From the IMG/VR virus record IMGVR_UViG_3300030397_000751, positions 1 through 30,689 of that record: DNA of 30,689 nucleotides, one strand, 5' to 3'. Numbering within the stretch: position 1 is the stretch's first letter; each line of letters begins with the position of its first letter. The notes under the pieces were generated by a model. The model had not been told where the DNA came from and ran no database searches. It worked only from the letters and a program-made list of their open reading frames with translations. The position numbers were made by a program, and so were the translations under genes. This DNA comes from a virus (Duplodnaviria > Caudoviricetes). Positions 23,549 through 30,689 of this stretch are shown here, one piece after another.

Positions 23549-26461
23549 ATGGCAAGACGCAAGGCCCCCGTTCCTCTATCTCCCATGACTGGGGGGCTAA
23601 ACCGGTACGAACAAGAAGCCAAGCCTAATCAGATGACTGAAGGTCTGGATGTAGTTAACCAAGATGGGGACCTCCGACGCCGGGATGCCTTCGGTGCCTT
23701 TGCCATGGGGGCTCCACATATGCTTCCGGCTGGTATGACATATGTGAAGGTGTACGATTATAGTCTTCAATCTTGGACTGACTACTCCTCTCGTAATCCA
23801 GATTTCTCAACCATCGGTGCTGGTGGGGGTTTGGATAACCGTTTATTTATTGGATGTGATGAGCAGTTTCAAGGCATTGATGTAGGCCAGATGGATCGTA
23901 CTACAGCCTCTGCGATTAATGTAGCATCTTACCCTCAAATACGTTTTGTCACTTCTGATTGGTCTGATTCTTCAAGCCCTGCTGCGGACACCGGTCTCTA
24001 TGAGTCTGCCCCTTGGGTCGGCGATACCACAGATGATAGATCGGACACTAAGGCTTATTATCAATCCCTTATGCAGAGTGGTCACATTTGGTGGCATAAG
24101 AATTCACAGCCCAGCGATTGGGACACTAAAAGAACTGTGGATGGGGTTTCCGCCTACTGGATTATAGTGGACTCATTCTCTTCTAAGGCTTATTCCGATA
24201 CTGCTTATGCGGCCCGTTTTAGTCCCCGAGCGGGGCAGTCCTTGGCTCCTGGGATTAGGTGTTTCAAGTTAAATCCCGTTAATGCTCTAGTCACTACTAA
24301 GAATCGTGGAGCTTCTCGCTACCTAGTTGCGACGCAGAGTCGGGAAACGAGGGGCCAGGAGACAGGGGGTCCGCAACTTGGAGCTATATATAGTCCAGCA
24401 TACCCCACGTATTATGTAGGCTTAGAGAAAGACGAAGGTTCAGCATTTCAGGGTACATACGATACGAGTGGTTGGACTGATACTGGTTGGACTGGAGGTT
24501 CTATTGGCCCTGGGACAGATTTGGTGGAGAAACGGGATCAGTCTTATGATTGGATGAACAGTATTGTTTCTGGAAGTGTTAGGACTCACCGAGGCAGCTG
24601 GGGATACCCCGTTCTCATGACAGGTATTCAAACTACAGGCACTCCTACGACAACATCATTCACTTTCCCTACCGATCTAGCTACTAATCCCAATCTCCGA
24701 GGTTCAGGCGTTCCTAAGGATACTGAATTTGAAGATTGCGTTTGTGTGTGTACGGCAACTGGAACTGGTGGTCCAACAGCAGGAAGGGCAAACCGCATAA
24801 AAACCTGCACAGTATCCGGAGATGATGTGACTCTTACCTTTGCGGCAGCCTGGGATAATACTCCTGCTGCAGACTCGGTATTCATGATTTTCGGAATAGG
24901 GCACAGATGTGCTCTCTATTATGATGCCTATAATGATTCAGCTGATGATCTCTCCGGAACTACTGTGGGGCAGAGACAGACTTGGTATGAGATCTCCCAC
25001 ACAGATGCTACCTCTGCACATCAACTACAGATAGCTCCTGGGGGGCCAGATGCGAATTTTATTGGAGATCGCATGGATCCGGATAACTATAGCGGCAAGG
25101 ATGGCCCTGTATTCTTTTCCGTGGTTAGAGAATCTCGCTATGAATTACCGGAGAATATTTCATTCGATTCTACCTTTGATGAAGTGACTCGAGATTATAT
25201 CTTCGCATTCGGGGATTACTACCTACAACGTTTCGATGGCAAGGTGATGAAGAAACTACAGGCGTTGTCGGACCCTAATGATCTCGTTGTACAAAATTGG
25301 ACTGGGTTTATTACCGAGCAGTTTGCTGGAGAAATTGATGACCCAGGATTCCAGAAGAATGCATTCCTTCGCTCAGAACCTCCGAAGGGTAAGTATGTAC
25401 AGGCCTTTGCCAATCGAATTTTTGTAGCCGGTATTCCTGGGGACCCGTCTCGAGTAGTATATTCTGCTCCTGGTGCCTACAACGATCTCTGGCCTAAGGG
25501 CTATGAGAGTTTGGTTCGAGATCCATTGGGTAGCCCGATTACTGGTATGGATGTATTGAACAATGAATTAGTGGTTTATACCAACAATAGTGTCTATGCA
25601 GCCCAGGCTCCCAACCAAGACGGGTACTTCAATCTCCAGCCGCGCAGTCAAGGATTAGGATTTGTAAACCATAATGTTGTGCAGCGAGCAGTCTTTGGTG
25701 GATCAGCTGTATTGATTGGGGCAAATGCAGATGGCATCTATGCATATACTGGAGCTGAGCCAATTATTATATTAGATGAGTGGGATAGATTATTAGAGGG
25801 CGGAATTAATCAGGCCACCATGGGACGTAGTTGTGCTGCCATCTCTTATTATGAAAACTGTTACTACATTGCCGTGCCGGGGCAGAATTCTGAATACCCT
25901 AATAGATTAATTCGGTATTGCTGGACTGATAAAACCTTCTACGTGTTCACAGCTCCATTTGGGGGTATTACAGCAATTGAAACAGATCGAGATGAGTCCG
26001 GGAATGAATTCTTAGTTTTTGGGCACGAGGATGGGACTATTTCTACCTTTATTGATAATTGGACCGATGACGGAGAGACCATTACTGGTTATGCTAGAAC
26101 TCCTATCATTAAGGCCGGAGGCAATGTAATATCTCCTTCCGGTTATATGGTGACTGTCCGAGACATGGGAGAGGATGTTGTGCAGACTGATAATCATCTC
26201 ACCTTCAAAGAGTTCCTTGATCAGGACGAGGGTAATGAGACCACTGTGCACACAGGAGCCTTTAGTGGTGGAAGTGCGGCGGTTTCTAGTATGGAGATAG
26301 ATACAGATAAGGTGGCTGGTCGTAAGAACGTTACCCGTAAGATCATGTCCAAGTCTGGAACTAGAGCTCGGGAAGTTCAATTGCAGATAGAGGGTGTTGG
26401 CAGATGGCGGCTTCGGAATTTGGAGGCTATAATCACAGGCAAGGGACAAGGGATTAAATAA
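23549..26461 (+). CDS. Tail nozzle / stabilisation protein (P22 gp10 or T7 gp12-like beta-propeller)
   Basis: N-terminal TGGLN...G.LRRR, FANRIFVAG...SRVVYS, ITGM...LVVY, YYIA, LVFG..DG; follows the adaptor gene. Confidence 0.7.
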   Translation: MARRKAPVPLSPMTGGLNRYEQEAKPNQMTEGLDVVNQDGDLRRRDAFGAFAMGAPHMLPAGMTYVKVYDYSLQSWTDYSSRNPDFSTIGAGGGLDNRLFIGCDEQFQGIDVGQMDRTTASAINVASYPQIRFVTSDWSDSSSPAADTGLYESAPWVGDTTDDRSDTKAYYQSLMQSGHIWWHKNSQPSDWDTKRTVDGVSAYWIIVDSFSSKAYSDTAYAARFSPRAGQSLAPGIRCFKLNPVNALVTTKNRGASRYLVATQSRETRGQETGGPQLGAIYSPAYPTYYVGLEKDEGSAFQGTYDTSGWTDTGWTGGSIGPGTDLVEKRDQSYDWMNSIVSGSVRTHRGSWGYPVLMTGIQTTGTPTTTSFTFPTDLATNPNLRGSGVPKDTEFEDCVCVCTATGTGGPTAGRANRIKTCTVSGDDVTLTFAAAWDNTPAADSVFMIFGIGHRCALYYDAYNDSADDLSGTTVGQRQTWYEISHTDATSAHQLQIAPGGPDANFIGDRMDPDNYSGKDGPVFFSVVRESRYELPENISFDSTFDEVTRDYIFAFGDYYLQRFDGKVMKKLQALSDPNDLVVQNWTGFITEQFAGEIDDPGFQKNAFLRSEPPKGKYVQAFANRIFVAGIPGDPSRVVYSAPGAYNDLWPKGYESLVRDPLGSPITGMDVLNNELVVYTNNSVYAAQAPNQDGYFNLQPRSQGLGFVNHNVVQRAVFGGSAVLIGANADGIYAYTGAEPIIILDEWDRLLEGGINQATMGRSCAAISYYENCYYIAVPGQNSEYPNRLIRYCWTDKTFYVFTAPFGGITAIETDRDESGNEFLVFGHEDGTISTFIDNWTDDGETITGYARTPIIKAGGNVISPSGYMVTVRDMGEDVVQTDNHLTFKEFLDQDEGNETTVHTGAFSGGSAAVSSMEIDTDKVAGRKNVTRKIMSKSGTRAREVQLQIEGVGRWRLRNLEAIITGKGQGIK

Positions 26462-26501
26462 ACATGAAGGCGTACCGTAATCCCAAGAGAGGCATCAAAT
26501 A

Positions 26502-27137
26502 ATGGGCAAGTATTCCATGAAAAGTGTGGCTCGAGAGATAGATAATCTCAATAGAGTCCAGGGCAGAGACAGAGGCTCTAGGGGCATTCCGTTTTGGACT
26601 AGTGGTGCTCCAGCCGATCTAACAACAGCTGATGTGGCATACGGTTCTTCTAGTGCACTCATCTTTCCTCTTCCCCTCACCTCCACGGTTCAAGCTAGGT
26701 ATGCTCGTGTAATTGCTCGAACCACGGCCGGAACAGGATACCTCACAGCCCGGATATATTCCCTGGAGTTTTCCAAACTGATTCGAACTTTCGGTAGTAG
26801 GTATTTTTATAATAGGCGATTAAGAGCTATATCCCCTTCTATAAAGAGCCCCAACGAATTAAGCACTAGTAATACACTGGTTAACTTTGATTTCAAAAAA
26901 CCCTATATTCTGAATCCAGAACGTAATATCTATTACATTGCCATATTGGGAGATCACAATGGATTAGCCCTGGCTACCGCAGGTGGTGGCACCTCCTCTA
27001 CAGTTCTTCCTTATTCTACATTTGACAGCGGGGTGGGTACTCTATCGGACGATATAGTATTCGAAGATGTGAGCAATTATTTCCCTCTTTCCGTGACTTT
27101 ACTAAGCGAGCGAGGCTTGTCCGGCATGGGCCAATAG
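26502..27137 (+). CDS. Putative virion protein
   Basis: 211 aa beta-rich ORF in the tail region. Confidence 0.6.
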   Translation: MGKYSMKSVAREIDNLNRVQGRDRGSRGIPFWTSGAPADLTTADVAYGSSSALIFPLPLTSTVQARYARVIARTTAGTGYLTARIYSLEFSKLIRTFGSRYFYNRRLRAISPSIKSPNELSTSNTLVNFDFKKPYILNPERNIYYIAILGDHNGLALATAGGGTSSTVLPYSTFDSGVGTLSDDIVFEDVSNYFPLSVTLLSERGLSGMGQ

Positions 27138-27173
27138 TTTGATAATACGGGTGGGAAGCTGTATTCTTAACGC

Positions 27174-27746
27174 ATGACCTTCTCTTTCAAGACTTGGACC
27201 ACGGAGACTCTTACGGCTTCGGATCTAAATGCCCAGTTTGCTAAGATTGAAAATAAATTCGGAAGCATCACAAACAGTGATCTCTCCAACCGAGCCAATA
27301 TCACCAGCGCTAAAATACTGGATAGGTACACTACTTCTTACCAAACAGTAACCCTCAACGGGGACACCTGGGGAGGCAACTTCACATTCCAAGATAGTGC
27401 TACCCAGGGTTCGGTTACAGAGATGAAGGTGTATCCAGAGCTCCCCGGCAAAAGGGCCTTTCTAGTTTCTGCCGCAGTGAGAGTGGATGGCTACAGCGGT
27501 GGTACTGGAGATGCTCAGGTCTGGATTACACATAACGGTACTGTTATAAATAGTCTTGTCTTCACAGCGGATGGGGTAGATCACATTCGAGCCGGTTCGG
27601 GTAGCACTGCTTTCAGTTCTCCAATTGCAGCTTTACAGGCCGGGGACTACATTGGTATACAGTGTGGTAGAGATGCAACGGGGGGTGCCTGCACTGCCAC
27701 GGCAGTCACGGTGACGTTGACTTACAAGGTAGAGCTAACAGCTTAG
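27174..27746 (+). CDS. Putative tail fibre / virion protein
   Basis: N-terminal W...TLTASDLNAQF resembles fibre attachment segments; C-terminal jelly-roll-like LQAGDYIGI. Confidence 0.6.
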   Translation: MTFSFKTWTTETLTASDLNAQFAKIENKFGSITNSDLSNRANITSAKILDRYTTSYQTVTLNGDTWGGNFTFQDSATQGSVTEMKVYPELPGKRAFLVSAAVRVDGYSGGTGDAQVWITHNGTVINSLVFTADGVDHIRAGSGSTAFSSPIAALQAGDYIGIQCGRDATGGACTATAVTVTLTYKVELTA

Positions 27747-27805
27747 GAGTATAGTAATGGCGAGACGAAAACAAAGTTTCCGACAGTTTGAGGAGCAAAT
27801 TAAAG

Positions 27806-29608
27806 ATGGCTAGATTACCAAAAGCATTCAATCGATTTACATCCTCGGCTAGAAAGTTAAAAGGGTCTAGTCCGGAAGTGCCCACTCAGCCGGATACGGC
27901 TAGGCTCCCAGCCCCCGTAGATGTAGGTGGACCTCGTACCAGACAACAGTCTGCTGCAATGCGTCGTCCACAACCTGCTGAAATTGCACCCCCTCCTGAG
28001 CCGGAACCAGTGGAAGAGAAGCAGCCTACAGCGGAGGAGAAGTGGAAGGCATACCAGAGTCGAGTCAAAGCAGCCCGTGAGCAAGAAGCTCGAGAGAAAC
28101 TAATAGCTGCCGGTATTGATCCAGATGCACCTCCGGAACAACCTAAGCCTGATAAGATGCAAGCTGCAAAGGATAGCCTAGCCGGTGTTCGAGACAAAGC
28201 TCCGACTGGCACTATTGGGGTTAGCCGTTCTGCTCTCTTTGCTGATACTCCGGAAGGCCGAGCTGCAGCTGAGAAACCCCGAGAGGGCATTGATGCCAAG
28301 ACCGGTGAACGGATTAAGATGGGCACTGTAACTCCGGAGGAAGGTGAGGCACGTAGAGAATATGTAGACTCCATGAACAATGCAGCTACATACATAAATG
28401 ATGTTACATCGGATATTAACTTCCAAGGTAAGTTATCAGGTTCTCATGTTACGGTTCGTGGCTCTCAAGCCCTGCACGATAACAATGAACTAAGTTTTGG
28501 AAAGAACAGTACCAAAGATGGGACTATTGCAACCTATAGGTTCAACGGACAGGCTTTTGACGTAAATGATATTAATAATTATCCTTCCGATTTTGTGAGA
28601 GAGTTAGAACGCCAAGGTACTACTCCGGAGGCTTTTCGAGAACAGGCCAATAATGTCTGGATCAATAAACACTTTCAAGGGGCCTCGGAAGAGGAGCGTG
28701 CAGTGATGCAAGCAGCTATGAATCTTAATGGTCAAGGTGGGGTTTTCGTGGATCAGACTACGGGCATCACAGACCGAAATGGTAATGTCATAGCTACCTG
28801 GGGTCAGGTTGATAATGCTTTTGATGACAATACTATTTATGAGGCTTCTTCAGATCAGGTCAGAATGGTAGTAGATGAGATGCGCCGGGCTCTGCCTGAG
28901 AAGGGTGAAATTGATCAGGCCCAGGTTAATGAGGCCGAAGCAGCAAAACAGTGGGAAGAAAGATTGCTTGAGACCATGGAAATGGCCGAAGGTATTGATG
29001 AGATTGATCCCGAGGAATTGCTGCAGGAGAATCGTAATTATGCTGCAATGCAGAATGCTAGGGCCTTACGTCTTAACATGAATAGAATGGCTAGGTCTGG
29101 AGCGTCGCCCGATGCAATCCAAGGTGTGAGTGCTCAGTTGGATCAACAAAATAGAGCGGCACTTGCACAGCAGGAAGCCCAGATTAAATTCCAAACCGAA
29201 GTACAGAATATCCAGAACAAAATGGGAGTGCTGGATAGGCAATTAAATATCTACTCTCAATTATATGCCAACGCCCAGAATTCTGAGCAGGCGGAGCAAG
29301 CATGGGCTAGGGCTCAAGCTGCACAACGAGAGATGATGTACCTTCAGCAATTACAACAAGATGCTCAGAATAAATTTAACCTTGGTCGTACTTTAGGTAT
29401 GGTGGGAATCCAAGCTGTTGGTACAATGCTGGGAGGAGTAACCGGTGGCCTTGGCGCTGCGGCAGGATCGGCTCTGGCTAGTAGTCTATTCGGCGGAGGT
29501 GGTGGAGCACAGTCTATGGTCTTACCCCAACAACCCATGGCAGGCACTAGTGTGAGATTACCTCAGTCTGCGGCCTTCCAAAACTTTATTCCGAAGTACG
29601 GATCGTAG
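27806..29608 (+). CDS. Putative internal virion / ejection protein
   Basis: Pro/Ala-rich N-terminus, Gln/Ala coiled coil, Gly-rich hydrophobic C-terminal segment. Start at ATG 27806 (GAGGAG upstream). Confidence 0.6.
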   Translation: MARLPKAFNRFTSSARKLKGSSPEVPTQPDTARLPAPVDVGGPRTRQQSAAMRRPQPAEIAPPPEPEPVEEKQPTAEEKWKAYQSRVKAAREQEAREKLIAAGIDPDAPPEQPKPDKMQAAKDSLAGVRDKAPTGTIGVSRSALFADTPEGRAAAEKPREGIDAKTGERIKMGTVTPEEGEARREYVDSMNNAATYINDVTSDINFQGKLSGSHVTVRGSQALHDNNELSFGKNSTKDGTIATYRFNGQAFDVNDINNYPSDFVRELERQGTTPEAFREQANNVWINKHFQGASEEERAVMQAAMNLNGQGGVFVDQTTGITDRNGNVIATWGQVDNAFDDNTIYEASSDQVRMVVDEMRRALPEKGEIDQAQVNEAEAAKQWEERLLETMEMAEGIDEIDPEELLQENRNYAAMQNARALRLNMNRMARSGASPDAIQGVSAQLDQQNRAALAQQEAQIKFQTEVQNIQNKMGVLDRQLNIYSQLYANAQNSEQAEQAWARAQAAQREMMYLQQLQQDAQNKFNLGRTLGMVGIQAVGTMLGGVTGGLGAAAGSALASSLFGGGGGAQSMVLPQQPMAGTSVRLPQSAAFQNFIPKYGS

Positions 29609-29617
29609 GAGTTAGAA

Positions 29618-30652
29618 ATGGCGAACATATTTGAAAAGGCGGCATTGGGGGGATTCCAGCAGGGAGTCAGTCTAGGCTCTCAAGGATTCCAATCCCAGAT
29701 GGAACGTAACCGCCGCAAGCGTGAGTTCGATGCACAGATGAAAGCTCAGCAACAGGCGGAACGATTCCGGCAATCAATGGCTGGACGAAAGCTTGACCTT
29801 CAGGAACAAAGGGCTGGGGATGAGTCAGAGCTATTGAAACTCCGCATGCAAAAACTACAACAAGAAATGGAACTGGCTCCAGCTATGCAACAAGCCCGAC
29901 TTCAACAGGCAGCTTCCGGAGAACGACGGGCTGAGGAGATGCACAAATCCAAGCTAGCTCTTAATCGAGAGATGCGAAGAGGTAAGGCCCAGCAACGCAA
30001 AGCTGCGGAGGCATCAGCCCGAGAGTCCCAGAAGTTGTGGCAACAATTGGGTGGACAGAAACCTAAATTCAGCATGGCCGATCTAGCGGAAAGGCCGGCT
30101 CAGATTTTCCAGGCTGTTGATCAAGCCGCAATGAAATATCAAGCCAAGTTCGGCCGTAAGATGCCAGACTCTACGTACAATAAATTGCGAGACGACGCAG
30201 CTAAGGCAGCACACCAAGCGCAGACAGAGAACATGATTCGGCGTAAGTTCCAAGAAATTGCCGAGAAGACTGGTATGGATGTTGATGGTCTTTCCACAAT
30301 GCTGGGTAGCACAGCGGGGCTGGGAAGGTTCTTCCCGAAGCTGAAAGAGAATGCACAGGCCTTTGAGATGATGGAGGGTTGGTTGGTACAGCTGTCCACT
30401 ACTCTCCAACAATCCGAGCCCAACAGTAAACTTAAGCAGGACATGGCAATGCAGTTGACGGAGATCAGTAAGCTTGATACTGATTCCCAATTGAAGGCTC
30501 GGGCAGAATTTATCATCGACATTCTACGAACCCGACAGAAAGAAGTGGGCATGTACCTCCGGGGCGAAGGGATTCTTAAGCCCACATCGGAGCCTAAGAC
30601 TAGAAAACTGAAAGGCCCACAGCTAGGATCATTTAACATTCCAGGAGAATAA
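29618..30652 (+). CDS. Putative internal virion / ejection protein
   Basis: ALGGFQQG N-terminus and Gln/Ala/Arg-rich helices; AGGAG upstream. Confidence 0.6.
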   Translation: MANIFEKAALGGFQQGVSLGSQGFQSQMERNRRKREFDAQMKAQQQAERFRQSMAGRKLDLQEQRAGDESELLKLRMQKLQQEMELAPAMQQARLQQAASGERRAEEMHKSKLALNREMRRGKAQQRKAAEASARESQKLWQQLGGQKPKFSMADLAERPAQIFQAVDQAAMKYQAKFGRKMPDSTYNKLRDDAAKAAHQAQTENMIRRKFQEIAEKTGMDVDGLSTMLGSTAGLGRFFPKLKENAQAFEMMEGWLVQLSTTLQQSEPNSKLKQDMAMQLTEISKLDTDSQLKARAEFIIDILRTRQKEVGMYLRGEGILKPTSEPKTRKLKGPQLGSFNIPGE

Positions 30653-30656
30653 CACT

Positions 30657-30689
30657 ATGCCTAACATTAAGAACCCAGCCTATCTCTAT
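30657..30689 (+). CDS. Start of next gene (partial)
   Basis: AGGAG then ATG 30657, open to the window edge (MPNIKNPAYLY). Confidence 0.45.
   Translation, partial: MPNIKNPAYLY

Noticed and set aside
1-30689. Stop-codon reassignment
   Set aside because: Conserved genes are full length in code 11, and TAA, TAG and TGA all end genes at sensible places.
1-30689. CRISPR array, integrase, att site, intron or intein
   Set aside because: No spaced repeats noticed; polymerase, DnaB, TerL and capsid genes are uninterrupted; the HNH gene is free-standing.

Overview
A 30.7-kb fragment of an uncultured tailed dsDNA bacteriophage, probably podovirus-like (portal, scaffold, major capsid, adaptor, nozzle-like and ejection-like proteins; no tape measure or sheath seen). 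Bases 1-17 are a random-amplification (Round A/B, SISPA) primer, not phage DNA. 18-6266 is a mixed-orientation accessory region: four-helix-bundle protein, PQ-loop protein, stand-alone ClpA/B NBD1, two secreted Cys-rich proteins, ThyX, an HdeB-like protein, dNMP kinase and endonuclease VII. 6267-6689 is the only long non-coding gap, with two sigma70-type promoters and competing stems. 6690-13342 is the replication module: family A polymerase, thymidine kinase, ERF, HD nucleotidase, DnaB. The large terminase gene is inverted, followed by the morphogenesis module, which runs off the right edge. No primase, small terminase, lysis, integrase, RNA polymerase, tRNA or CRISPR was recognised. Most notable: (1) the terminase has Arg where the first catalytic Asp of the nuclease should be; (2) three signal-peptide proteins each carry six mature Cys, one directly behind the capsid gene; (3) many genes look leaderless (TANNNT-N6-start); (4) the polymerase has an FPGG motif B resembling phiVC8/DpoZ enzymes. 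All calls are from motif reading only; no database search was run.
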